Assembly (NCBI GenBank): GCA_000002445.1 | Contig: CP000068.1 | Coordinates: forward strand, 672,001 to 736,000 | DNA: 64,000 nt | Direction: 5' to 3' | From: Trypanosoma brucei | Lineage: Eukaryota | Shown: piece after piece, positions 31,154 to 43,300 of the stretch | How positions within the stretch are numbered: the stretch's first letter is position 1 | How the letters are laid out: the number at the start of each line of letters is the position of its first letter | Made by a program: the position numbers and the translations under genes | Notes under the pieces: model-generated | Databases searched by the model: none | What the model was told of the DNA's origin: nothing | What the model saw: only the letters and a program-made list of their open reading frames with translations

Positions 31154-32494
31154 ATGATGGATATTACTGCGTTGTGCGGAAACTATCGGTTGTGTGAGAT
31201 TGACGGAAAGACGTGCTCCGAGGAAGTGTTTATTGCTCTAGAGGCGTCTGGTGGTGGTGTTGAGGTTGTTGCCATGGTGGGCAACACCCTGTGCGGGCGC
31301 GCTTGTGTGAATGGGGACAGGATTAGTGCGAACCTTACTAGCACTATGAGGCAGGTGGAAGAAGAGATGATGAGGATTGAAAGCCTGCTGACATGCGGGT
31401 TCAAGGCCGGGTTTACCTGTGAGCAGAGTGACATCATACTGACGCTGACTGGAGAGCAGAGTGTCTTCACATTGGAGCGTGATGTATTATGTGATATAAA
31501 GTTTGGTGAGTATACCCTCTGTGAGTTCAATGGGGAACCCGTGGCTTCGGACGAGATGGTGCTCACCCTGCTCCCCGCTGTGGTAGATGGTGCCCTTGTG
31601 ATTGCACAGTTCAAAAACTCTCTCCGCGGGGAGCTGGAGCTTCGCAATGGTCGTCTCCGCGGCGTTATTGCGTCGACGATGTGCGAGGTGGATGGTTCTT
31701 TGAAGTGCGCGGAGGAAGCGTTTTTGTCAGCTACCAGGGGTGATGGCATAAAAGTGTGCTCTGACGACCACCGGCTTGTGCTTAAGGACGACCACAATGC
31801 GTTCGTTTATGTGCTGCGTCCAGCAATTCCAGAGAACCTTGTGAGCGAGTACTTACTGAAGAGCTTCAATGGCGAGTCTGTAGAGGCTGAGAGGCGTGTG
31901 ATGTTCCGCTTTTCCCAATCAGCTGACGGTGTCGGTACGGATGTTGTGGCGAGTGTTGCCAATACGATCAGGGGGAAGGTAAGAGTGGATGACGGAAAGT
32001 TAAAATCGAAGGTGATGTCATCACGAAGGAAAGGGAATGAGTCGGAGATGCGATTTGAGAATGCTCTGAAGGAAGGGTTCAAGGCTGGGTTTTCGTGGTC
32101 TCTGGACGACACGGTGCTGACTCTTGAGTGCGACGGGAACCGCCTCATCTTCGTGAAAGTTGCCGCTGTGCCGTGCGAAAATGGTAGGCCGGGGTATATT
32201 GGTGATAAGGTTTCAAGATGCTTTAAGGCCCACGACGATGCTCGAGTGTACCGTATCATCAACACTGTGGAATCGAAGTGGGCATTTTACAATGACACGA
32301 CCGAATACAATTTTAATGTGTCAGTGACTTTTGGGCGGAAATCAAAGGTACGCGGTCTGGCCAACACGTCAATTGAGACAAATGAGGAAGGCTTGACGGT
32401 TGCCAGCGTGTCAGTCGCCCCTGGTGCGACGGAGATGTTCGTTGCTGGGGATGTAAACGGGTACAAGTGCTCCTATGACGCAGTGCACCAGTAG
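31154..32494 (+). CDS. Array gene B, copy 3
   Basis: Identical protein, 4182-bp period. Confidence 0.75.
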   Translation: MMDITALCGNYRLCEIDGKTCSEEVFIALEASGGGVEVVAMVGNTLCGRACVNGDRISANLTSTMRQVEEEMMRIESLLTCGFKAGFTCEQSDIILTLTGEQSVFTLERDVLCDIKFGEYTLCEFNGEPVASDEMVLTLLPAVVDGALVIAQFKNSLRGELELRNGRLRGVIASTMCEVDGSLKCAEEAFLSATRGDGIKVCSDDHRLVLKDDHNAFVYVLRPAIPENLVSEYLLKSFNGESVEAERRVMFRFSQSADGVGTDVVASVANTIRGKVRVDDGKLKSKVMSSRRKGNESEMRFENALKEGFKAGFSWSLDDTVLTLECDGNRLIFVKVAAVPCENGRPGYIGDKVSRCFKAHDDARVYRIINTVESKWAFYNDTTEYNFNVSVTFGRKSKVRGLANTSIETNEEGLTVASVSVAPGATEMFVAGDVNGYKCSYDAVHQ

Positions 32495-32879
32495 CCGACA
32501 TTGCGTTGAGTGTTGATCCGGATGTAAGATACACATATGTATGCGGAGGTGGGCGCGTGCGACTCCTTCAAGCATTCCATGTTATAATTTGTTTGCCGCG
32601 CTTGGTCTCGTGATGCTGAGCGATTGTGCCTGTGTTTGTGGTTTCACCCCCTCTTGTCACGCCTTCCGCGGTTGGTGTGATTCCATTTGTGTTTGTTTCA
32701 TGTGTTTTGTTTCCCTCACTACATTGTGTGGTGAGGTTTGCTACTCTTATGATGAGTGCGCCTTGTGCCGCGTGCGTGTGTAGTGCTCATTTACCACTTG
32801 CTGCTTTCCCTTAACCTATTTCTGGATGAAAGAGACTTTACTCTTGTTTTTACCCACGTTCAAGCCGACACGGATAACA

Positions 32880-33230
32880 ATGGCCACCTGCCCTAAACAC
32901 CTGTTCGGGAAGTACCATCTAAAGAGTTTTAATGGCAAAAGCGCCTTGGAGGGCGAACTGGCCGGTGTGACACTGGAGCTTGGTGAAGAAGACGGTCGTG
33001 TCACAGTACGCGCGAAGGCGGGAAATGCGATGAATGGTGTGTTGAAGTATGAAGGTGGGATGCTCACCGGTCCCTTGATGTCCACAAGAATGATGCCGCC
33101 CCCTGCTTTGATGGAGGTGGAGAGTGCTTTCAGTTCTGGATTTTCCAGCGGTATGCATGCGCTCCGTGAAGGCTCTTCTCTTACGCTTTCGCATAAGACA
33201 GACACGATGGTGTTTGAGGCCGTGGAGTAA
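32880..33230 (+). CDS. Array gene C, copy 4 (edge copy, mosaic variable patch): 117-aa FABP/calycin-like protein
   Basis: GPLMSTRMMPPPALMEVESAFSSG. The left part resembles copy 0 and the right part the internal copies. It is followed by the same tail sequence as copy 0. Confidence 0.6.
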   Translation: MATCPKHLFGKYHLKSFNGKSALEGELAGVTLELGEEDGRVTVRAKAGNAMNGVLKYEGGMLTGPLMSTRMMPPPALMEVESAFSSGFSSGMHALREGSSLTLSHKTDTMVFEAVE

Positions 33231-33751
33231 ACTTGTTTCTCGACATGCAGTTACCCTTTTATTTTCTACTTGTGTTGCCACTACACTTTCGTGTTTGTGG
33301 TCGGTGTTAGCGAACACTACCTTTGTTTACCACTTAGTGTTATGTTATTTATTTTTGAAATCGGGTTATTATTTTTATTTTTTTTTCCAGGGTGTAGATA
33401 TTTGAACCCTAATAAACGTAAACGTTTTGTTAATTTATACGGGGGTACGTGTTTTTTTATTTGTTATCGAGGTATAGGCCTTCTGTCATGGTGACTACTG
33501 GACATTTTCGCTTCCTCTTTGCTGGATGCTCCCTGAATACTCAACGTAATAGTATGAAGAAAAGTGAGATGGTAGGCGGGGAATAAGTATGAGCGAAAAC
33601 CATTAGTTATTGTGGTTATATATATATATATTTATTGTTTTTGTCTGTGTCTACCTTTTTTTTCCACAAAGAAATAATATATATTTTTTCGCCTCTTGTT
33701 TTTGGTAATTTGTAAGTTGCTACTTTATTATATATTTGGGAAGTAAATATT

Positions 33752-35191
33752 TTGATGAACACCGCGTCAACTGTTCCGAGGAAGGGGGCGCAGCGTAGCC
33801 AGTTCCATCGAGTGCGAGCTCAGGAACACGTTCGCTATGTTGAAAAGACATGCGAGTTGCTTGATTCGAAAAAGCAAGGAACTGAGTCGAGGGTGCCGTG
33901 TATTTCTTTTTTTGTTCCGAGCTTAGTTTCTTTGTGTGCTGACACAATCGCAGCTAACTTCGAGGTGATTCCTGAAGTGGATGCTTTGGCTGATAGCTAT
34001 CCTGAGTTGTACGAAATGGTTATTGAGAGGCTGTCGACGGAGTTACCACTGAAGGTAAGCGTTCAGCGCGTTCATTGTGAGAAGTTTTGGCGTCGGTGCA
34101 GCGAGTCTCGGTGGTCGTTTGGGCAGTTAAGTGAAGGAACTCGGGGAAAACTTGTGGGCGGCACCTACCGTGGGTGGAAGCAGTTCTTCCTGGAGCGTCT
34201 TCTCAGAGATTTTTTGATGGGTTTAAAGACTGCAAAACCTTCAGAAAATGATGAGCAGCAGCTTTTAGAACTTTGTAACATTGGCAGAGACTATATTTAC
34301 TCACTGGAGCTGCCCTGCCAAACTGCTCACCTAGACGTGTATGGAATGATTTTATCGCGCCTGCCCCATGTTTTGAACTTAAGCCTCACTTACAGCGTGA
34401 ATAATGTTGAGGTAGGCTTCGAATGGGATATGATCGGTTTTACAGAGGATGATGCTCTCTCTATACGTTATGTTCTCCGAAGGTACACACCCCTTGTTTC
34501 CTTGCGATTACCGAACAACCGCATTGACAGTTCCCTATTAAAGGGTATAATCAGCGGTATCGTGCAAAATACGTCGATTAAGGTGCTTGACTTCTCATTC
34601 AACCGTATTGATGATGAGGGCGCTAAGAGCCTTGCGCTGCTTCTGTGTAAGGAGGATCTTCCTCTTGAGGAGCTCTATTTGAATGACAACGGTATCCGTG
34701 GGGAAGGCGCTGCCGCCATCGCTGATGCTTTGACTCTAAACAAGAGGTTACGTTTGTTGAACCTGCGTCTTAACCGTATTCCTGATGATGTTGGTGGTGT
34801 AGCCCTTGTCGCCGGCCTTGCGTCACATAGTGCACTGGAGGCGCTCGACATTTCACATAATCTTTTAGGTGAGGCCACCGCAAGGGCGTTGGCGGAAATC
34901 CTGCCGAGTCAGAACTCTCTTCTATCATTGAACATCGCTGGTAACAGGGATCTTGGCGTCAACACAGGCGAATTGCTGCTGAAGGGACTGAAGGAGAACA
35001 AATCGCTCCGTTTTTTTGACTCGCGAGGCAGCGGATTATCACTAGAACACGTTGCTGCGATGGAAAGACAAATTCGGTCGGTGGTACAATCAGACAAAAT
35101 GAACGATATTCAAGCAAGAGACAAAAAGAGTCGTGAAATAATACACCGAGAGGTGGAGGAGAAATTATCAAAGATTGTCAGTGTTCGGTAG
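33752..35191 (+). CDS. Leucine-rich-repeat protein, ribonuclease-inhibitor (RNI)-like LRRs
   Basis: Repeating L-x-x-L-x-L-x-x-N-x-I units: LDFSFNRIDDEGAKSLALLL, LYLNDNGIRGEGAAAIADAL, LNLRLNRIPDDVGGVALVAGL, LDISHNLLGEATARALAEIL, LNIAGNRDLGVNTGELLLKGL. Confidence 0.65.
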   Translation: MMNTASTVPRKGAQRSQFHRVRAQEHVRYVEKTCELLDSKKQGTESRVPCISFFVPSLVSLCADTIAANFEVIPEVDALADSYPELYEMVIERLSTELPLKVSVQRVHCEKFWRRCSESRWSFGQLSEGTRGKLVGGTYRGWKQFFLERLLRDFLMGLKTAKPSENDEQQLLELCNIGRDYIYSLELPCQTAHLDVYGMILSRLPHVLNLSLTYSVNNVEVGFEWDMIGFTEDDALSIRYVLRRYTPLVSLRLPNNRIDSSLLKGIISGIVQNTSIKVLDFSFNRIDDEGAKSLALLLCKEDLPLEELYLNDNGIRGEGAAAIADALTLNKRLRLLNLRLNRIPDDVGGVALVAGLASHSALEALDISHNLLGEATARALAEILPSQNSLLSLNIAGNRDLGVNTGELLLKGLKENKSLRFFDSRGSGLSLEHVAAMERQIRSVVQSDKMNDIQARDKKSREIIHREVEEKLSKIVSVR

Positions 35192-35499
35192 GATTCATTT
35201 TTCATTATGTGATCCCCTCATGTCGCGGTGTTTTCAGGTTGTCTTGGTAAGTGTGATTGCAAGCAGCGGAAGGCATGTGATCTTTTCGTCCAGGGCGAGG
35301 GAAAACCTACTGAACTTAGTCGAATTTTTCATTGATGTAAACTAGAGCGGCCCGGCACGTTCTTTCCCACTTCTTAGAGAGATTCATGCATTAGTTTTTG
35401 AAGGAGGTGGTTTTGTGCATGCCTGTGGGTGCATTGCGTAACCATTCCTTTTAGCAAAACTAGAATGGGAAACATTATTTCTTCTTATCATCTACTTGT

Positions 35500-36867
35500 G
35501 TGCTTCCCCTTCCTTTCTACCAGTTTATAGGGTTTCGGTCGATCTTGGTGTTTTCGGTTGCGATGGCACTCACTGCACGTGGCCTATTTTTCGTTTGTGC
35601 CTTGGTCACAACATCGTCTACTTCGTTTTTCCTCTTTGCATGTTGGCCTGTGTTAATCGTTGCCGCTTTGCGGTTATGTACGGGATCAGCGCCGAAACGA
35701 GTGATATCGCTTGCAAACACGTACTACGACTTCGTTCAGCAGCTTTGGATATATATGATGGTACTTCTGCTAGAGGGAGTCCTGCGTGTACGTATTGCGT
35801 ACCACCTTGTGTCCAAGGGGGAAATGGCACGTGAGCAGAAGCTTGCTGATTTCTTTGCCCGACCCCCCCCGGGTAGGGTAAAGTTGATCATACTCAATCA
35901 CCGTTGTCACCTTGACTGGTTAGTGATGTTCCCCTTTCTTGCGCGAGCCGGAATCGCGAAGTCGCTTCGTATCGTACTTAAGGTTGGGCTGAGCCGCGTC
36001 CCCATATTCGGGTGGTCGATGCAGCTGTTTCGTTACCTATTTTTAACTCGCAAGTGGGCGTCCGATCGGAGCCATGTGGTACGCATGATGGATTACTACA
36101 AGAACAGTGACGGGACAGTTGTGTTTTTGTTTCCTGAGGGAACGGATTTGACCGAAAGTAGTGTGAAGAAGTCCAATGCCTATGCTCTTCGTAACAACCT
36201 GCCACAATTTTACCAGGTGCTGAATCCTCGCTCGACGGGCATGATAGAAATGAAGAATATGATAGGAGCGGAGAACATTGATGAAATTGTCGACGTGACA
36301 ATGGGGTATACGGACTTTGTGCGTGGGGAGCGCCCCAATGAGGCATCGCTGCTTAACGGTCGGACACCTTCAAAAATACATATAGTATGCACCCGGCACT
36401 GTTTTTCCAATGACCAACAAGATGGCTGGGAGGTGGGTGACCGCGTAAAGGGGTTAAGAGGCAAAGGATTATTCTCAGTTCCAGCGGATGATGAAGCGCT
36501 GAAGAACTGGTTAACAGACCGGTTCGCCAAAAAAGAGCTTTTGCTCTCCCGATTTTATACACGAAATCCCGTAGGATTCGATGAGGAGCATATTCGAAGC
36601 GTGTTTGGTCAGGACTGTGATATTGTTTCCTATGATGAAGATGAGGAAGCGGCGCGGTACCCTGAGATCACAAAATTTTCTCGCATTGCGAGGGATTTGG
36701 GAATGTGGTACGGTGTTGTATTTGTCATTTTGTACTGGACAGTACCGGTGGTACTAGTTCTACTTTTTGCTGGGTACTGGGTGTTGTTTTGGTTCGTCTT
36801 GTGCAGTATATTGTGCGTTTCGGCTGTACGTAAAGTAGGTAACTTGAGCTACTATTTAATACCCTAA
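35500..36867 (+). CDS. Lysophospholipid / 1-acylglycerol-3-phosphate acyltransferase (LPLAT/AGPAT family) with C-terminal transmembrane segments
   Basis: H-x4-D acyltransferase motif NHRCHLDW, motif III FPEGTDLTE, and hydrophobic helices at both ends. Confidence 0.7.
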   Translation: MLPLPFYQFIGFRSILVFSVAMALTARGLFFVCALVTTSSTSFFLFACWPVLIVAALRLCTGSAPKRVISLANTYYDFVQQLWIYMMVLLLEGVLRVRIAYHLVSKGEMAREQKLADFFARPPPGRVKLIILNHRCHLDWLVMFPFLARAGIAKSLRIVLKVGLSRVPIFGWSMQLFRYLFLTRKWASDRSHVVRMMDYYKNSDGTVVFLFPEGTDLTESSVKKSNAYALRNNLPQFYQVLNPRSTGMIEMKNMIGAENIDEIVDVTMGYTDFVRGERPNEASLLNGRTPSKIHIVCTRHCFSNDQQDGWEVGDRVKGLRGKGLFSVPADDEALKNWLTDRFAKKELLLSRFYTRNPVGFDEEHIRSVFGQDCDIVSYDEDEEAARYPEITKFSRIARDLGMWYGVVFVILYWTVPVVLVLLFAGYWVLFWFVLCSILCVSAVRKVGNLSYYLIP

Positions 36868-37339
36868 TGTAAATAGTTTTCAAGTTAATGATGGAACAAT
36901 GTTTCGGGGGGCACGGAGAACTGGTTGAGGGACCGACGCGATATTTATTGTGTCTTCTTTTATCCCGTAACGGTAAGCGTATGGCCGCGCACCTTTATTT
37001 TTACATTCCTCTTTTTTTTGTGTATTTTTACGTCAGCATGCTTTTGGACCAAAGCAAAAGCAGCTGAGTTGGTGCCGTGTAAGCGTAATTTTACTTTACT
37101 ACTCTTTTACCTGTTTATTTTATTTTTTTTCACATGTGGAACTTTTGTTATACGCTCTATTTTTTTTGCGTTTTTAAAAATAAAAATCATCCTAAAAATT
37201 TCCCCTTCACCTCTTTTAACTGTATGCCATATCAGTTTCATTTGAAAGAGGTAGCACCCACACCTGCCTTTCCAAGTACGCAAAAAAAAATAATCAGAAA
37301 GCGGCTGCGATCGCTTGGTACGGGGCGGGTGAAGAGGCT

Positions 37340-40300
37340 GTGACATACGGGTCCATGATGGCGGCCATCACACGCTATTCACCCCATTCAGAGCGGACAA
37401 GGGTTCATTACGAGCGCTTCCTACGTGATATTCGCCGTTGGTTGCCTCCAGGACTTGATGACAGCATAGGTGAAGTTGCAGAGGAGACTCTGTCCATTGT
37501 TTGCCGTGCAGGTAGTGGTGGTTTCAGTGGCTCTGGGGCAGCGACACAACTGCAGAATGTTCGTAAGCAACTCGAAACACTTTTTGATAGTCCACTGAGT
37601 GCGGAGACCCTTAACGAGGTGCTTCAGTACGGCCGGCTGATAGATGACTTCGTTTCGACAGAGGATGAACCTGGTGCTCACACCAACAACGTTGTCGCTG
37701 AAGATGGACTGAGTGATCTTTTGCTAATGCAGGAAGGCAAAGGCCAGCGGAAGCCGTCTGATATGTCGTCATCCGATTCAGATGGCGATACCCAAAAGGC
37801 CGACTATGGTAAGGGACGTGACCTGATGAAGTTTGCCGCAGATGTTGACAGTATCAACGATGGTTTCGATGATCAGAACGACGACGATGATGCAAACTGC
37901 ACGAACGCCATCCGTGTCACCTTCGAAGAGGTTGCGTGCAATCCGAACTATATTCGTGATTCTTTGCGTCGTCTGTTTCCCACGCAAACGATCGAGGAGT
38001 GCGATTTACAGGCAGAGCGCGTATTGCAGTACTGTGGAAAGCGGTCCGTGGATCAGCTAACACTGGAAACCCAGCTTACTGCATTTCTTGGCGGTTATGA
38101 CGACGAGGCGGTGACCGACTGGATCGCTACAGTGGCTGCATCTCGCTGGGATATCGTTTACGGCATGTCTTTCGCGTCGAAACAAACCCAGAAGGAAAAG
38201 TCTCTTGTGATGGATGCAGTAAAGGAGCATGCGCGTACTGACCGGGTTGTGGAGCGACTTTACCAAAGTATCACAGGGAAGGAGTTAGACAACAAGCCCC
38301 ATTCTGGTGAGCGGGGAAATGATGCCGATGGATCCAAACCACTGCGACGTGTTGATCTCCAGGCCTATGCATTTAAGGACGAACGCACACCGCATCAGTA
38401 CACGCACGCTGTTGTTCCCCAGGGGACAAAACGTGCGGTGTTTGAAACCCACGATGAAGTTATTCTCCCACCAACGGCTTCGGCGACAGAAAATCTTCCC
38501 TGCACGCCATTGGCCGTGTTCCCAGAGTGGGCACGACCCGCTTTTCCTGGAGTCACGCAACTGAATCCGATGCAGTCAAAGATTTTTGAGTGCGCTTTTA
38601 GGAGCGATGAAAATATGCTCGTTTGTGCGCCAACAGGGGCAGGAAAAACAAATGTTGCGATGATGGCAATACTGCGGGCCATATCAAACAACATGTCACG
38701 GACCGGTCTCGTTAACCTTCGAGAGTTGAAGGTGGTATATGTGGCTCCTATGAAGGCACTGGTCCAGGAGGTGGTGCGCACGTTCTCTGCGCGGTTGGAG
38801 CCGCTGGGACTTGCCGTCATTGAATTAACCGGAGATTCTGGTGCTAATCAGGCACAGGTGGGCGGTGCGCAACTCATCGTCACCACACCTGAGAAGTGGG
38901 ACGTTGTGACTCGAAAATCCGTCGAACTTGGTGTCGCGTCTCTGCTAAAGTTGCTTATTATCGATGAGGTCCACTTGCTGCATAACGAACGAGGACCTGT
39001 GCTAGAAGCTATCGTTGCCAGGACGCTACTGCAACAGCAACACCGATGTGAAGCGGGAATTCGCCTAGTAGGACTCAGTGCCACGCTGCCTAACTTTCAT
39101 GACGTGGCTAGTTTTTTGCAGGTCGATCGTCAGCGCGGGTTGTTTGTTTTTGATAGTTCTTACCGGCCAATACCTTTACAGCAAACATTCTGCGCTGTTA
39201 AAAAGGTTCGCGGAACGAACCAGGCGGCGGTGATGAACCTTGTGGTCTACGATAAAGTGTTAGAGGCGGCAACGGAGGGGGCTCAGTCGTTAGTATTTGT
39301 TCATTCTCGAAAAGATACAGATTACACCGCCCTATACATCGTGAGGCGCGTTGTCGATGACAAGCGGACGCATTACTTCGTGCGACCTGGAAGTGACTCG
39401 GAGCAGGTTCTGAGAGAGGCTGTGAGTGACCCATCAAATTCGCTGCGTCCGAGCATACAACAGATGCTTCCTTTTGGGTTTGCGGTCCACCACGCCGGCA
39501 TGAGCCGTGAGGAGCGCAGCCTCGTGGAATCATTATTTGCGGGTGGACATGTGCGAGTGCTCGTCTGTACATCAACACTTGCATGGGGCGTTAATTTACC
39601 AGCACACCAGGTGATTATCAAAGGAACACGGGTATTTAATGCTGCAAAGGGTGAAACTGAACTGCTCAATGCACTTGATGTTCTTCAGATGTTTGGCCGT
39701 GCGGGACGTGTCGGTTTCGGTTCTACGCTTGGAAGGGCAGCTGTGATAACGAGTGCCGAAGATCTACAGTATTACCTGAGTGTCCTCAACAATCAACTTC
39801 CAATTGAGTCGCAAATGATGCGCCGAGTTGTTGACATGTTAAATGCGGAGGTTGTCCTTGGACATATCACCAACTTGGATGAAGGCGTTCGGTGGCTCCA
39901 GCGCACGTACCTCTATATTCGTATGCGACGGGCTCCAGAGATTTATGGGGCACGTGCAAGTAGTAACGATCCTCTTCTTTTGCGTCACCTCGGGAATATT
40001 GTTCATACTGCGGCAGATGATTTGCGACGCTCACAAATGGTGGAGTACGACTCCAACACCCATCGCATTGCAACAACCTCACTGGGGCGCATTGCATCCC
40101 ATTATTACCTCACCACTACTTCTATGGCAACGTACCTTACCTACTTGTGTAACACTATGCACGATGTGGATCTGTTTCGCCTATTTTCAATGTCGAAGGA
40201 GTTTTCTCACATTATTGTTCGGCCGGAGGAGCAGTCCCAGCTACAGTATTTACTCGAGAACGCCCCCATTGCCGTTCGTGAGAGCCGCTACACTCCGTTA

Positions 40301-43300
40301 GCGAAAATCAATGTACTACTACAATGCTACATTAGTAATATGAACCTCCAGGGGTTGCCTTTGATGAGTGAAATGTCCTATGTGAAAGATTCCGCTCAGC
40401 GAATCCTTCGTGCTCTTTATGAGATTTCTTTGGTACGTGAGTATGGTCGTACAGCTCAGCAGATGTTGCAACTTTATCTCATGACTGTGCACCAACAATG
40501 GGCAGTACAGTCACCAGCGCGTCAACTTCGACACACGGTCCCACCTAAAGTTTTTGCTTCATTCATCCATGCTTTGGAGAGTCGTCGTGTTTCGTGGGAG
40601 GAGGTTCGTTCGTGGTCGTTGGAGGATTTGGTTGAGAAACTAAGCGATGAACGGCGAGCAGAAGCTGCTTATGCATGCATTCGTCGGGTGCCACACTTTA
40701 TTGTGGAAGCTGCGGTGCGCCCCCTTACACGTCGCATGTTGTATGTGGACGTAGACATAACCCCGGATTTTATGTTTGATGAAACGGTACACACTGGTAC
40801 ATCGGGTGAATTGGTCATTACAGTGGAACACACCAATGGACGCATTCTTCATTGTGAACGTATTAATCTTAGGGCAGCAGCTTTGCGTGGTTGTGAAACG
40901 GTCTCATCGCCGACTATTGTAGTGCCTGTAGTCGATCCCAAGCCCACACACTATTTTGTGCGATGTCACTCCATGAACTGGCTTGGTGTGGAGAGCAGCG
41001 TTGCGATATCCCTCATGAATGTTTTACTTCCGGATATTGCCCCACCTTTGCTGGAAGTGCACCACCGACCACCATCCGTGCGAAGTGAAGACGAGCGAGA
41101 TGTTTCCACTGCCATGCAACCTTACGGGATGGAAGCTGCGGCATCAAAGGTTTTCCCCTTCACAGAGTTTTTTCAAATACAGCACGACCTGGTTGCACCA
41201 ATAATGGAGAACAGGGGTGAAAGCTTCTTTGTCGCGTTCCCTCCTGGAAGCGGGAAAACGGCTGTTGCCGAGATTTTCATTTTGAAGTTCCTTCTGGAAT
41301 GCGCTCATTCACGGAGTGCCAATGGGGTTAGTTCCCCTGTTGGCGGGGGGAATGAAGAGGAAAACAATGACGGAGGGGAATCCATATTGAGAACCGAGCA
41401 AAAACTTCTGTATCTCACAGCCACCGAGGCGTGTGCTATGCGCCGCTATAACGAGTGGAGATACAAGTTTGGTGAGGAGCTCAACCAACGGGTGGCGAAG
41501 CTGGAGCCATACGGGGAAGAACTAGCGATCAAGGCTGAAAAAGTGAGAGGAGCAACAATAATCATTAGTTGTGGAAGTAGCTTTGCTCCTCTTCTCCGGC
41601 ACGGTGCCATGGATTTTCTTTCTGCAATCACGCATGTAATCGTTGATCATGTACACCTCCTACGTGCGCCGGAAGGTCGGTGGATGGAGGAATGCGTAGC
41701 GCGTTTGCAGTCGAAGCCCTATATAGTGAATAGGGGCCAAGGGCCGGCGCGTCTTCTTGCGCTGTCATACCCGTTGATCAGCTGCACTGAGGTATCGCGC
41801 TGGATGAAAGTGCCAACAGCGAGGCAGTACAACTACGGCAACTCCTACAGACAGCTTCGCGTTCGGCTTGAGGCTGTAGAGCAATTTAGCGCTCGCAGTC
41901 GCTATGCGGCGGCCACTATTTCAGTGTTGAAGCTACTGCAAAATGATCGGTATGCTGTATCACCCTGTGTGATTTTTGTTCCCACCGCACAAGATGCAGA
42001 GGAGCTTGCCCGCCGTATTGTTCTTCGCTGTCGTGATTTTGTTCCTACTGATGCCTGTGAAGATGTTGAGGACCGTCAACTCGCTCTTTTGTTGGCGTCA
42101 GGTGTTGCGTACATGCACCGCGGAAGCAGTTTGTTGGATGAACTTAACATAACGGAGAAGGTGGAACGACCCGCGCGACACCCTAAAACTGACGAGCCAC
42201 TACCTTTGTACCTTGTCTGCAGTTTTGAAGCCGCATGGAGGCTTCCCGCTGCATTGTTTGCCACTGCATTTGTGTGTGCTGCTGAGCGTATTGGTAATGT
42301 TTGTGAAGAAGATAAGGAGTCTGAGGTTGGTGATTTCGCTACCGACTGCTCCGTCTCGGAGTTGCTGCAAATGACGTCGCGGGCGCTCAATGAGGCTGTC
42401 GTGTACTGTCGGGCCGCCCGGCGTTGGGTGTGGAGCCGTCTCCTTAACGATCCGTTGCCGATAGAGTCACACCTTAGGTATCCTGAAGACTTCCGCGATA
42501 CGATCAACACCGCCGTTGCCCAGGGCCGGGCAAGAGATATGCCTGACGTACTGCGCATTCTTCAAAGCCACTACTTTTTGCACCACCTTCGCACAAACTT
42601 GCACTTCTACGGTGTACCCTCCAAGGAAGACATACCCGCTTACGCATCGGAGTTCGCGCGATCTGTCATAGCATCATTACAGCGGACTGGATGTGTCACT
42701 TCAAGTTCCAACTCAGCCTCATCAACAGGTTGTGACGGTGATGAACTGACTGCTCTTCAACCCACACCACGTGGTGTAGCGGCTATGCGCCACGGGATTT
42801 CCATCGAGTCTCTTGAGGCGATTGACGAAGCTGTGTCTGCTAACAGCAGATGTGGGGACTCAGTGACACGCATGTGGAGGGTGATAGCGTCATGCTGTGT
42901 GGAACTGACGCCGCAACATGTTGGAGATGCCGCGCGGATTGTAGACATCGCTGAGTTGAGTGCCCTTCACGTTGTGGCACGAGCTTTTCCCCATACCTAC
43001 GATGTCCAATATCTGGACATGGATTTCAGCAAAGGTTGGACGAAGGTGCATTTACTGGTTCTTGCACACTGTGCCCGGATGTTTGTACTGCCAGTCAGTT
43101 GTGACGATGGAGGTGTTGAGGCGGAGCGTGGGGAGATAGATGCACTTCATCCATTCGCATCGCGGTCTTCTTTGGCTGTCGAACCTCAACTGCTGCTGCA
43201 GATACCTCACAGTGTGGCCGAACGGCTTCTTGAAGACTTAAACGTCTTACTCCCCGTGGTGTTGGATTTAGTTCGTGGCGTGAGCGAAATTTTTGATGGG

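Larger units (their letters stand above)
18551..33590 (+). repeat. Tandem gene array: 3 complete 4182-bp units (about 20000..24181, 24182..28363, 28364..32545), each with genes C-A-B. It is flanked by an upstream partial unit (18551..19560: gene C0 plus tail), a 430-bp AT-rich spacer, and a downstream partial unit (32546..33590: gene C4 plus the same tail).
   Basis: ORF start coordinates recur with an exact 4182-bp period (20280/24462/28644/32826; 21111/25293/29475; 22790/26972/31154). The encoded proteins are identical except for one or two substitutions. The tail sequence 19207..19560 matches 33230..33590. Confidence 0.95.

Noticed and set aside
18551-33590. CRISPR array, as a possible reading of the perfect tandem repeats
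   Set aside because: The repeat unit is 4.2 kb and protein-coding, and the genome context is eukaryotic. These are not short repeat-spacer units.
35496-35834. 112-aa plus-strand ORF overlapping the start of the acyltransferase in another frame
   Set aside because: It overlaps a longer ORF that bears clear acyltransferase motifs, and it has no motifs of its own.
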